Below are positions 32,077-44,109 of a stretch of 64,000 bases of DNA, piece by piece. The stretch comes from Steroidobacteraceae bacterium (lineage in GTDB: Bacteria > Pseudomonadota > Gammaproteobacteria > Steroidobacterales > Steroidobacteraceae): the NCBI GenBank assembly GCA_025458865.1, contig JALORP010000002.1, positions 3,812 through 67,811 of the forward strand, written 5' to 3'. The translations under genes and the position numbers were made by a program. Positions within the stretch are counted from its first letter, which is position 1, and each line of letters opens with the position of its first letter. Under the pieces are notes generated by a model. The model worked only from the letters and a program-made list of their open reading frames with translations. It was not told the DNA's origin and did not search any database.

Positions 32077-33041
32077 GCATGCTCAGGTCCACGGGCCTTG
32101 CCTTCCGCCGCGTGGCTTCGGCCGCGGACTTCGGCCGCGTCGCCGTGCTGCTCGGCGGCCGCTCGGCCGAGCGGGAGATTTCCCTGCTGTCGGGACGCGC
32201 GGTGCACGCCGCGCTCGCGCGCCGCGGCGTGGACGCCCACGCGGTCGATCCAGCGGAAGTGCCGCTGGCGTCGCTGCCGGGCGCGGGCTTCGAACGCGTG
32301 TTCATCGCGCTGCACGGGCCGGGCGGCGAGGACGGCACGGTGCAGGGCGCGCTCGAGTGGCTCGGCCTGCCCTACACCGGCAGCGGCGTGCTCGGCTCCG
32401 CCATCGGCATGGACAAGCTGCGCACCAAGCAGCTCGCCATCGCCAACGGCGTGGCGACGCCGCCGTTTAGGGTGCTCACGGATGCGGCGGACTGCCGCTC
32501 CGCGGCCGCCGAGCTCGGCCTGCCGCTCGCGGTCAAGCCGGCGACCCAGGGCTCCAGCGTGGGCATGTCCAGGGTCGAGCGGGCCGAGGACATGGTCGGC
32601 GCCTGGCGCGCGGCCGCGGCGCTCGACCCGGTGGTCATCGCCGAGCCTTGGATCCACGGCCAGGAGCTGACGGTGGCCGTGCTGCAGGGCGTGGCGCTGC
32701 CGGCCATCCGCATCGAGACCCCGCGCAGCTTCTACGACTACCAGGCGAAGTATTTCGCCGACGACACCCGCTACCACGTTCCCTGCGGGCTGCCCGCGGA
32801 CGCGGAGGCCGCGCTGCAGGGCGCGGCGCTCGCGGCCTTCCGCGCGGCCGGGGCGCAGGGCTGGGGCCGCGCCGATTTCATGCTCGGCAGCGACGGCGTG
32901 CCGATGCTGCTCGAGATCAACACGGTGCCGGGGATGACGGACCACAGCCTCGTGCCCATGGCGGCGCGGGCGGTCGGCATCGACTTCGACGAACTCTGCT
33001 GGCGCGTGCTCGAGACGAGCTTCGCCCGCGAGCGGACCTGA
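32073..33041 (+). CDS. ddl: D-alanine--D-alanine ligase
   Basis: The ATG at 32073 overlaps the murB stop (ATGA). VAVLLGGRSAEREISLLSG, the ATP-grasp fold and the LLEINTVPGMT motif are present. Confidence 0.93.
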   Translation: MSMLRSTGLAFRRVASAADFGRVAVLLGGRSAEREISLLSGRAVHAALARRGVDAHAVDPAEVPLASLPGAGFERVFIALHGPGGEDGTVQGALEWLGLPYTGSGVLGSAIGMDKLRTKQLAIANGVATPPFRVLTDAADCRSAAAELGLPLAVKPATQGSSVGMSRVERAEDMVGAWRAAAALDPVVIAEPWIHGQELTVAVLQGVALPAIRIETPRSFYDYQAKYFADDTRYHVPCGLPADAEAALQGAALAAFRAAGAQGWGRADFMLGSDGVPMLLEINTVPGMTDHSLVPMAARAVGIDFDELCWRVLETSFARERT

Positions 33042-33051
33042 GGAGCAGGGA

Positions 33052-33870
33052 GTGCTGGGATTCCTCAAGCGCGGTAACCGCCGGAAGGCGCCGGAAGGCA
33101 GGCGCCTCGAGCTGCCCGCGTTCGACTGGCGCCGCGTCGCGCGCGCCGCGGCGGCCGTCGCCGCGGTCGGCGGGCTCGCGGGCCTGCTGTCGCTCGGCCT
33201 CGACCAGCCCGTGAAGCGCGTGCTGCTCGAGGGCTCGTTCCAGCGGGTCTCGCCGGTCGAGGTCGAGCAGGTGGTGCGCCGGGCCATCGACGGCGGATTC
33301 CTGACGGCGGACCTCGATCGCCTCCGCGGCGGCATCGAGGCGCTGGCCTGGGTGGACCGCGCGCGGGTCCAGCGCCGCTGGCCGGACGCGGTCGCCGTCG
33401 AGGTGGTCGAGCAGATCCCGGCCGCGCGCTGGGGCGAGGACGGCCTGCTCAACACGCGCGGCGAACTGTTCGTCAGCGGCGCACGGCACCTGCCGCCGGA
33501 GCTGCCGCGCCTCGACGGCCCGCCCGGCTCGGAGGTCGTCGTTGCCCAGCGCTACCTCGCGGTGCAGGAGCGCCTGCTCGAGCAGGGCCTGCGCCTGGCG
33601 GCGCTCAGGCTCGACCCGCGCGGCGCCTGGGAGATGGTGCTCACCAACGGCGTGACCGTGCGCCTCGGCCGCCGCGACGTGGACGCGCGCATGGAGCGCT
33701 TCGTGCGCGTCGCGGCCGAGGTGATCGCGGGCCGCGCGGCCGACATCGACCACGTGGACATGCGTTACTCGAACGGTTTCTCGATCGGCTGGCACGCCGG
33801 CGCGGGGTCGCGCGACCCGCGCGCGGCCGGCGCCAGGGCCACGGCACAGGAAGCGGACACAGATGCCTAA
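33052..33870 (+). CDS. ftsQ: cell division protein FtsQ
   Basis: 272 aa with a GTG start preceded by AGGAG. The product has a TM anchor, POTRA-like VLLEGSFQRVSPVEV, and an FtsQ/DivIB C-domain. Confidence 0.85.
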   Translation: MLGFLKRGNRRKAPEGRRLELPAFDWRRVARAAAAVAAVGGLAGLLSLGLDQPVKRVLLEGSFQRVSPVEVEQVVRRAIDGGFLTADLDRLRGGIEALAWVDRARVQRRWPDAVAVEVVEQIPAARWGEDGLLNTRGELFVSGARHLPPELPRLDGPPGSEVVVAQRYLAVQERLLEQGLRLAALRLDPRGAWEMVLTNGVTVRLGRRDVDARMERFVRVAAEVIAGRAADIDHVDMRYSNGFSIGWHAGAGSRDPRAAGARATAQEADTDA

Positions 33871-35095
33871 GCGCTCGGACCGGAACCTCATCGTCGGACT
33901 CGACATCGGCACCTCGAAGGTCGTCGCCATGGTGGGCGAGCTGCACGCCGACGGCAGCCTCGAGGTGATCGGCCTCGGCTCGCACCCCTCGCGCGGCCTC
34001 AAGAAGGGCGTGGTGGTCAACATCGACTCGACGGTGCAGTCCATCCAGCGCGCGGTCGAGGAGGCCGAGCTGATGGCCGGGGTCGAGATCCGCTCGGTCT
34101 ACACGGGCATCGCGGGCAGCCACGTCCGCAGCCTCAACTCGCACGGCATCGTCGCGATCAAGGACAAGGAGGTCGCGAGCGGCGACGTGGCGCGGGTGAT
34201 GGACGCCGCCCAGGCGGTCGCCATCCCGGCCGACCAGAAGATCCTCCACGTGCTGCCGCAGGAATTCATCATCGACGGCCAGGAGGGGATCCGCGAGCCG
34301 ATCGGCATGTCGGGCGTGCGCCTCGAGGCGCGCGTGCACATCGTCACCGGCGCGGAGAGCGCGGCGCAGAATATCGTCAAGTGCGTGCAGCGCTGCGGCC
34401 TCGAGGTCGAGGACATCGTGCTCGAGCAGCTCGCCTCGAGCTTCTCCGTGCTCACCGACGACGAGAAGGAGCTCGGCTCCTGCATCGTGGACATCGGCGG
34501 CGGCACCACCGACATCGCCGTGTTCTCCGGCGGCGCCATCCGCCACACGGCGGTGATCCCGATCGCCGGCGACCAGGTGACGAACGACATCGCCGTCTCC
34601 ATGCGCACGCCGACGCCGTACGCGGAGGAGATCAAGATCCGCTACGCCTGCGCGCTGTCGCAGCTCGCCAACCCCGACGAGACGATCGAGGTGCCGACGG
34701 TGGGCGACCGCCCGCCGCGCCGGCTCGCGCGCCAGACGCTCGCCGAGATCGTGCAGCCGCGCTACGAGGAGCTGTTCACGCTGATCCGCGACGAGCTGCG
34801 CCGCTCGGGCTTCGAGGAGGCGGTCGCGGCGGGGGTCGTGCTCACCGGCGGCAGCGCCAAGATGGAGGGCGCGGTCGAGCTCGCCGAGGAGATCTTCCAC
34901 ATGCCCGTGCGGCTCGGCATGCCGCACGGCGTCACCGGGCTCGCCGACGTCGTGCGCAACCCGATCCACGCGACGGGGACGGGCCTGCTGCTCTACGGCA
35001 AGGCCAATGCGGCCATGCCCGCGCCGCGCATCGTCGGCGACGGCGTCAAGACGGTTTTCGAGAGGATGAAGTCCTGGTTCCAGGGCTATTTCTGA
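33863..35095 (+). CDS. ftsA: cell division protein FtsA
   Basis: 410 aa with an actin-like fold ([30 protein letters not shown]). It overlaps the ftsQ end by 8 nt. Confidence 0.95.
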   Translation: MPKRSDRNLIVGLDIGTSKVVAMVGELHADGSLEVIGLGSHPSRGLKKGVVVNIDSTVQSIQRAVEEAELMAGVEIRSVYTGIAGSHVRSLNSHGIVAIKDKEVASGDVARVMDAAQAVAIPADQKILHVLPQEFIIDGQEGIREPIGMSGVRLEARVHIVTGAESAAQNIVKCVQRCGLEVEDIVLEQLASSFSVLTDDEKELGSCIVDIGGGTTDIAVFSGGAIRHTAVIPIAGDQVTNDIAVSMRTPTPYAEEIKIRYACALSQLANPDETIEVPTVGDRPPRRLARQTLAEIVQPRYEELFTLIRDELRRSGFEEAVAAGVVLTGGSAKMEGAVELAEEIFHMPVRLGMPHGVTGLADVVRNPIHATGTGLLLYGKANAAMPAPRIVGDGVKTVFERMKSWFQGYF

Positions 35096-35127
35096 GTTCT
35101 TAGGTCTTTCGCGGAGGAGGAGACCAC

Positions 35128-36333
35128 ATGTTCGAACTGATGGATACGTACAGCCAGAGCGCCGTGATCAAGGTGCTGGGGGTCGGCGGCGGCGGCGGCA
35201 ACGCCGTTTCGCACATGGCCCGGAGCGGCATCGAGGGCGTGGATTTCATCTGCGTCAACACCGACGCGCAGGCGCTCAAGCACTCGAAGGTGAAGACCGC
35301 GCTGCAGATCGGCTGCAACATCACCAAGGGCCTCGGCGCGGGCGCCAACCCCGAGGTGGGACGGCAGGCGGCGATGGAGGACCGCGACCGCATCATCGAG
35401 CTGATCGAGGGCTGCGACATGCTGTTCGTGACCGCCGGCATGGGCGGCGGGACCGGCACGGGCGCGGCGCCCGTCGTCGCGCAGATCGCGCGCGAGCTCG
35501 GCATCCTGACCGTCGCCGTGGTCACCAAGCCCTTCGCGATGGAGGGCACCAAGCGCGCCGCCCTCGCCGATCACGGCATCGCGGAGCTGCACAAGTACGT
35601 GGACTCGCTGATCACCATCCCCAACCAGAAGCTGCTGTCGGTGCTCGGCGGCTCGACCACGCTGCTCGAGGCCTTCAAGCGCGGCAACGAGGTGCTGCAG
35701 GGCGCGGTGCAGGGCATCGCCGAGCTCATCACCCGGCCGGGCCTCATCAACGTGGACTTCGCCGACGTGCGCACCGTCATGGCCGAGACCGGCGTGGCGA
35801 TGATGGGCACGGGCTTCGGCACGGGCGAGAGCCGCGCGCGCGTCGCCGCCGAGATGGCGGTGTCGAGCCCTCTGCTCGAGGACGTGAACCTCGCCGGCGC
35901 CGGCGGCATCCTCGTCAACGTGACCGCGGGCCTCGACCTGTCCATCGGCGAGTTCGAGGAGGTGGGCAGCACCGTCAAGCAGTTCGCCGCCGAGGACGCG
36001 ACCGTGGTCGTGGGCACCGTGATCGACCCGGAGCTCGAGGGCGAGATCCGCGTGACGGTGGTGGCCACGGGCCTCGGCCGCCCGGGCGTGTGCGCCGCGG
36101 CGCCCGCGACGCCGGTGGCGGCGCCGCCGGTTGCGCAGAAGCGCAGGCCGGAGGTCGCGCTGGTCGCCGGGCGCGCATCCGCGGTCGGCGGAACGCCCGA
36201 CTACAACCAGTACGACGTGCCGCTCGCGATGCGCACGCGTGCCCGTGCGGTCGGCGACGGGCTGAGGCACGACGCGCCGCCGAGCGAGGACATCCTCGAC
36301 ATCCCGGCGTTCCTGCGCCGCCAGGCCGACTGA
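35128..36333 (+). CDS. ftsZ: cell division GTPase FtsZ
   Basis: 401 aa with the tubulin signature [12 protein letters not shown]-terminus [14 protein letters not shown], and the C-terminal peptide [11 protein letters not shown]. Confidence 0.97.
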   Translation: MFELMDTYSQSAVIKVLGVGGGGGNAVSHMARSGIEGVDFICVNTDAQALKHSKVKTALQIGCNITKGLGAGANPEVGRQAAMEDRDRIIELIEGCDMLFVTAGMGGGTGTGAAPVVAQIARELGILTVAVVTKPFAMEGTKRAALADHGIAELHKYVDSLITIPNQKLLSVLGGSTTLLEAFKRGNEVLQGAVQGIAELITRPGLINVDFADVRTVMAETGVAMMGTGFGTGESRARVAAEMAVSSPLLEDVNLAGAGGILVNVTAGLDLSIGEFEEVGSTVKQFAAEDATVVVGTVIDPELEGEIRVTVVATGLGRPGVCAAAPATPVAAPPVAQKRRPEVALVAGRASAVGGTPDYNQYDVPLAMRTRARAVGDGLRHDAPPSEDILDIPAFLRRQAD

Positions 36334-36350
36334 GCCGGCGATGCGGGTTT

Positions 36351-36397
36351 CCCGGCACGTTTCCGGCGCTTCCTCCGCGCGCCGGGAGCGTGCCGGG
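36351..36397 (+). other. two-tier GC-rich stem-loop between ftsZ and lpxC
   Basis: The outer 9-bp arms CCCGGCACG (36351-36359) and CGTGCCGGG (36389-36397) pair. The inner 7-bp arms CCGGCGC (36363-36369) and GCGCCGG (36379-36385) also pair. No U-tract follows. Confidence 0.4.
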
Positions 36398-36434
36398 GGC
36401 CTCTTGTGGTAACCTGCGCGGTCGAGGTCCGCCC

Positions 36435-37343
36435 GTGAAGCAACGCACGCTCAAGAATCCCATCCGCGCCACCGGCATCGGGCTGCACACGGGCAGCAAG
36501 GTGCTGATGACGCTGCGCCCGGCGCCGCCCAACGTGGGCATCGTGTTCCGGCGCACCGACCTCGACCCGCCCGTGGACATCCCGGGGCGGGCGACCAACG
36601 TCACCGAGACCACGCTCGGCACCACGCTCTCCTTCGGCGGAGCGACGGTGTCCACGGTCGAGCACCTGCTGTCGGCGCTCGCCGGCCTCGGCATCGACAA
36701 CGCCTTCGTGGAACTCTCGGCGCCCGAGGTGCCGATCATGGACGGCAGCGCCGGGCCTTTCGTGTTCCTGGTGCAGTCCGCCGGCATCGAGGAGCAGTCC
36801 GCGCCGAAGCGCTTCGTGCGCATCCTCAAGACGGTGGAGGTGCGCGACGGCGACAAGTGGGCCCGCTTCGAGCCTTTCGAGGGATTCCGCGTCAACTTCG
36901 AGATCGAGTTCCAGCACCCGGTGTTCCGGGAGCGCGGCACGCGCGCCTCGATGGACTTCTCGACCACGTCCTTCCTGCGCGAGATCAGCCGCGCGCGCAC
37001 CTTCGGCTTCATGCGCGACCTCGACTTCCTGCGCGCGCGCAACCTCGCGCTCGGCGGCAACCTCGAGAACGCGATCGTCCTGGACGAGTACCGCATCCTC
37101 AACGAGGACGGGCTCCGCTACGAGGACGAGTTCGTGAAGCACAAGATCCTCGACGCGATCGGGGACCTCTATCTCCTCGGGCACAGCCTCATCGGCGAGT
37201 TCACCGGCTACAAGTCCGGCCATGGCCTCAACAACCGCCTGCTGCGGGTGCTGCTGGCCGACGCCGGGGCCTGGGAGGAAGTGACCTTCGACCAGCCGGC
37301 CCAGTCGCCGATCGCCTACGTCGAGGCGGCCGCGCACGCCTGA
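36435..37343 (+). CDS. lpxC: UDP-3-O-acyl-N-acetylglucosamine deacetylase LpxC
   Basis: An internal GTG at 36435 gives (V)[22 protein letters not shown]. The TVEHLLSAL and [10 protein letters not shown] motifs are present. The product is 302 aa. Confidence 0.95.
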   Translation: MKQRTLKNPIRATGIGLHTGSKVLMTLRPAPPNVGIVFRRTDLDPPVDIPGRATNVTETTLGTTLSFGGATVSTVEHLLSALAGLGIDNAFVELSAPEVPIMDGSAGPFVFLVQSAGIEEQSAPKRFVRILKTVEVRDGDKWARFEPFEGFRVNFEIEFQHPVFRERGTRASMDFSTTSFLREISRARTFGFMRDLDFLRARNLALGGNLENAIVLDEYRILNEDGLRYEDEFVKHKILDAIGDLYLLGHSLIGEFTGYKSGHGLNNRLLRVLLADAGAWEEVTFDQPAQSPIAYVEAAAHA

Positions 37344-37358
37344 CGGAGGGCCCCGGCC

Positions 37359-37637
37359 TCAGCCCTGACCAGGGCGGACGCGCACGACCGTGCGCGTGAT
37401 GTCGACGCCCAGCCGCCGCCCGACCGGGCCGGACAGTCCCGGCGCCTCGTAGCGTATCCGGGTGGCCCAGGCGGCCGAGTCCACCAGCAGGGTCAGCGTT
37501 CCCTCCTTGACCGAGGCGGCGAGGACGTGCCCGGCCGGCTCCGCCGGCAGTTCCGCGCGCACGGCGTCCAGGACGGTGAGTGCCTGGGCCGCCCCCTCGC
37601 GGAGGCGTTCAAGAAGACCATGACCTTTGGTCAGCAA
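37359..37637 (-). CDS. DUF721 (DciA-like) protein
   Basis: This is the C-terminal roughly 92 aa of track ORF 37359..38276. The pattern LTLLVDSAAWATRIRYEAP...VVRVRP is typical of DUF721. The position between lpxC and M23-secA matches Pseudomonas. The start is uncertain: TTG at 37637, with no ATG or GTG available. Confidence 0.6.
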   Translation of the reverse strand: MLTKGHGLLERLREGAAQALTVLDAVRAELPAEPAGHVLAASVKEGTLTLLVDSAAWATRIRYEAPGLSGPVGRRLGVDITRTVVRVRPGQG

Positions 37638-37824
37638 GTCACTGATGGCGGTGGGTTTTTGTGTTTTCAGGATCGGAGTCCCCGCGGCCCGGCGTGCGAA
37701 AGTGCTTGAGTAACAAGGAAAACTTTGGCATTTTCCCCGCGCCCGGGCCCGCCGGCAAGGATGTTCGGCGGGCTTCTTTCGTACGCAATGGAATGCCCAT
37801 CGGTCAGCCTGCGAGGACCGAGAC

Positions 37825-38736
37825 ATGCGCCTTGATGCCGCTGCGCTCCTGCGCCGCCTTCCTTTGGACCTCAACCGGCCCCGGCTCCTGATGCTGGCCG
37901 GCCTGCTTCTGCTCGGAGGCGGTTTCGCCCTCGGTGCGCTCGTCGGCTCGACGACCGCGGAGCGCCAGGACGCGGCGACGCTCGAGCGCTGGTCCGCGGA
38001 ACTGGCCGCGCAGCGGCAGTCCGTGGTGGCGGCGCGCCAGGCCGTCGACGACCAGGTCGGGGCGCTCGCCGCCCGCATCGGCCAGATGCATGCCCGGCTC
38101 ATCCGTCTCGATGCGCTGGGCAAGCGGCTGACGGAGGTCGCGAACCTCGACCGTGGCGAGTTCAACTTCGACGATCCGCCCGCCGTGGGCGGCCCCGGCG
38201 AGGGTGTCGAAGTCGCGGGCGCGCTCCCGAGCGTGCCGACCCTCGAGGACATGCTCGACGCGATGGGCCGCTCCATCGAGGACCGCAGCCGGCAGCTCGC
38301 CGCGCTCGAGACCCTGATCCTGTCCCGTGAACTCGCCCGCCAGGTGGTTCCGGGCGGCCGCCCGGTCGAGTCCGGCTACATTTCGTCCTTCTTCGGCTCG
38401 CGCACGGACCCCTTCCACGGCAAGGCGGCCTTCCACGCGGGCCTCGATTTCGCCGGGGCGCCGGGCACGCGCGTGCTCGCGGTCGCCGACGGCGTCGTCA
38501 GCTTCGCCGGGCGCGACGGCAACTACGGCAAGCTGGTCGAGGTCACGCACGGCAACGGCTACGTGACCCGCTACGCGCACAACTCGACGCTCCTGGTCGA
38601 GGCGGGGCAGACCGTGCGCAAGGGCGACCCGATCGCCCTGATGGGCTCCACCGGCCGCTCGACCGGCACCCACCTGCATTTCGAGGTGCTCCGGGAGGGC
38701 CGTCCCGTGAACCCGCTCTCGTTCGTGGGTCGCTGA
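37825..38736 (+). CDS. M23 family metallopeptidase (murein endopeptidase-like)
   Basis: 303 aa with an N-terminal anchor, a coiled-coil region, and the LytM motifs HAGLDFAG and GSTGRSTGTHLHFEV. Confidence 0.88.
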   Translation: MRLDAAALLRRLPLDLNRPRLLMLAGLLLLGGGFALGALVGSTTAERQDAATLERWSAELAAQRQSVVAARQAVDDQVGALAARIGQMHARLIRLDALGKRLTEVANLDRGEFNFDDPPAVGGPGEGVEVAGALPSVPTLEDMLDAMGRSIEDRSRQLAALETLILSRELARQVVPGGRPVESGYISSFFGSRTDPFHGKAAFHAGLDFAGAPGTRVLAVADGVVSFAGRDGNYGKLVEVTHGNGYVTRYAHNSTLLVEAGQTVRKGDPIALMGSTGRSTGTHLHFEVLREGRPVNPLSFVGR

Positions 38737-38847
38737 GCCGCGCGATTTCCTCGGTCGGCCCGCGAACCCGTACAATACCGGGTTTTCGGCCACAACTGCC
38801 CGGCCGCCCCCGCGGGGCGCGGCGCCCGGCGGAGAGGGTTCCTTTCC

Positions 38848-41617
<2,770 letters not shown>

Positions 41618-41628
<11 letters not shown>

Positions 41629-42580
41629 GCCGGCAACCCGCGGCGGCGGCGCGCCCGGCGCGGCGGCGCCTTCCGAGCTGCGGGTGGTCGCGGGCGCGCT
41701 GTTCGACGCCGAGCGGCGCGTGCTCATCGCCCAGCGCCCCGCGGGCAAGCACATGGCGGGGCGCTGGGAGCTTCCCGGCGGCAAGCTGGAACCGGGCGAG
41801 ACGGCCATCGAGGGCCTCCGGCGCGAGCTTGCCGAGGAACTCGGCGTGGAGCTCAGGGACGCGCGGCCGCTGATCCGGCTGCGCCACGACTACGCCGACC
41901 GGCGCGTCTGCCTCGACGTCTGGCGGGTCACCCGGTTCGATGGCGAGCCGCGCGGCCTCGACGGCCAGGCGCTGGCCTGGGTGGCGCCCGACGAACTGCC
42001 CGGCCACGACATCCTCGAGGCGGACCTGCCGATCGTCACCGCGCTGCGCCTGCCAAACCTTGCCTGCGTCGCGACGGGCGTCACCGGGCTCGAGGCCGCG
42101 GTCCACGAGGCGCGCGAGCCCCGCACGCTCCTGTGGCGCGCCTTGCTGGCCCTCGCCACCCAGGAATCGGCCCGGCAGGCCGTGCACACGGCGCGCGCGG
42201 CGGGTCACCGGGTGCTGGTCGTCGGCGATGAAGTCGCTGCCGTGACGGTCGCGGCGGCCACCGGCGCGGACGGCGTCGCGCTCGAGTGGAGCGGCGAGGC
42301 GCTGGCGGCGGACCCGCGCGGCGCATTCCTGGTCGGCGTGGTCTGCCAGTCGCCCCGGGCCGCGCTCGCGGCGGCCCGGGCGGGCGCCCAGTTCCTGGTG
42401 CTGGTGCCGCCGGAAGGCCCGCCGGCCGGGGCCGAGCTCGGCGCGCTGTGCGAGGCGGCGGGCGTGCCGCTGCTCGCTGGCCGCTACGCCGGGCCCGGCT
42501 GCCTCGCCGAGGTGCGCGCCTGCGGCGCGCACGGGTGCGTCGTCGGCGCCCCGCCTGCCGGTGACGCCCAGGTCTCGTAG
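41618..42580 (+). CDS. Nudix (MutT-like) hydrolase fused to a TenI/ThiE-like domain
   Basis: 320 aa. The N-terminal half has the Nudix box [24 protein letters not shown]. The C-terminal roughly 170 aa is a TIM-barrel-like, thiamine-phosphate-synthase-like region. The start overlaps the secA end. Confidence 0.8.
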
Positions 42581-42608
42581 AGGCCGCGGGCAGGACAGGG
42601 GGGAGCGC

Positions 42609-44039
42609 ATGCAGCCGATCGAGGTCGTCAACCCGCGCAGCGGGCAGGTCGACTACCGCTTCACGCCGCCGTCGCCGGAGGAACTCGAAGCCCTCGTGGG
42701 CGGGCTGCGGGCCGCGCAGCCGGGCTGGCGGGACGCGGGCATGGAGGCGCGGGTGGCCGCCCTGCAGGCCTTCAAGGGCGCGCTGGAGCGCCACCGCGCC
42801 GAGATCGCCGATGCCCTGTGCGTGGACACCGGCCGCTGTCTCATGGCGCACGGCGAGGTCAGCTCCACGGTGAATGCCGTCGAGCGCTGGTGCCGGCAGG
42901 CGCCGGGTCTCGTGGCCGAGGCCGGGGGCCGCTCGACCGCCGTCCCCACGATCCACTACCGCAACCAGTGGGTGCCGTACCCGCTCGTCGGCGTCATCAG
43001 CCCGTGGAACTTCCCCATGGTGCTCGCGTTCATCGACGCGATCCCGGCGCTGCTCGCCGGCTGCGCCGTGCTGATCAAGCCGAGCGAGATCACGCCGCGT
43101 TTCGCCGGGCCGGTGCGCCGCGCCATCGAGGACGTGCCCGAACTCGCGCGCGTGCTCGCCATCCATCCGGGTGCCGGCGAGACGGGCGCGGCGATGGTGC
43201 CGCGGGTGGACGCCGTCTGCTTCACCGGCAGCGTGCGCACCGGCCGCGTCGTCGCCGAGGCGGCGGCGCGCGCCTTCATCCCCGCCTTCCTCGAGCTCGG
43301 CGGCAAGGATCCGGTGATCGTCACCGAGACGGCCGACCTCGACCTCGCCACGACCGTGGTGCTGCGCGCCTCGGTGCTGACGACGGGACAGGCCTGCCAG
43401 TCGCTCGAGCGCGTGTACGTGCACGACAGGGTCCACGACGAGTTCGTCGCGCGGCTCGCCGAGAAGGCCGCGCGCGTGACGATCAACTGGCCCGACCTGC
43501 ATTCAGGCCAGCTCGGGCCGTTCATCTGGGGCCGGCAGGCGGCGATCGTGCAGGAGCAGATCGACGAGGCCGTGGCGCGCGGCGCCAGGGCGCTCACGGG
43601 CGGCCGGGTCGAGGACCACGGAGGCCAGTGGCTCAGGCCCACGGTGCTGGTGGACGTCACCCAGGACATGAAGGTGATGCAGGAGGAGACCTTCGGCCCG
43701 GTGATGCCGGTGATGCGCTACCGCGACGCGGCCGAGGCCGTTCGGCTCGCCAACGACGGCATCTACGGCCTCTCCGCGGCGGTGATCGCCGGCAGCGAAG
43801 CCGAGGCCGAGGCGATCGCGCGCCAGCTCGACGCCGGCGGCATCAGCATCAACGACGGCGCGCTGACGGGCGTTATGCACGAGTGCGAGAAGAACTCCTT
43901 CAAGTGCTCCGGACTCGGCGGCTCGCGCATGGGGCCCGGCGGCTTCACGCGTTTCTTCCGCAGGAAGGCGCTGATCTTCCAGACCGCGAAGCCGCTGCCG
44001 ATCGAGGCCTTCGACGAGGCCAACGCGCCGCGCGGCTGA
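42609..44039 (+). CDS. NAD(P)-dependent aldehyde dehydrogenase family protein
   Basis: Internal ATG at 42609. The motifs ISPWNFP, ELGGKDP (catalytic Glu), GQACQSLERVYV (catalytic Cys) and EETFGPV are present. Confidence 0.88.
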   Translation: MQPIEVVNPRSGQVDYRFTPPSPEELEALVGGLRAAQPGWRDAGMEARVAALQAFKGALERHRAEIADALCVDTGRCLMAHGEVSSTVNAVERWCRQAPGLVAEAGGRSTAVPTIHYRNQWVPYPLVGVISPWNFPMVLAFIDAIPALLAGCAVLIKPSEITPRFAGPVRRAIEDVPELARVLAIHPGAGETGAAMVPRVDAVCFTGSVRTGRVVAEAAARAFIPAFLELGGKDPVIVTETADLDLATTVVLRASVLTTGQACQSLERVYVHDRVHDEFVARLAEKAARVTINWPDLHSGQLGPFIWGRQAAIVQEQIDEAVARGARALTGGRVEDHGGQWLRPTVLVDVTQDMKVMQEETFGPVMPVMRYRDAAEAVRLANDGIYGLSAAVIAGSEAEAEAIARQLDAGGISINDGALTGVMHECEKNSFKCSGLGGSRMGPGGFTRFFRRKALIFQTAKPLPIEAFDEANAPRG

Positions 44040-44109
44040 GCGCGGCCGCCGCAGCGTCCCCGACCCGGGGCGCGCGGCACGGGCCGACTGTCCTCGCTGG
44101 CGCTGCGTC

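Noticed and set aside
38764-38786. Possible intrinsic terminator after the M23 peptidase gene (AACCCG-N8-CGGGTT followed by TT).
   Set aside because: The stem is only 6 bp and the U-tract is very short. This is too weak to call as a feature.
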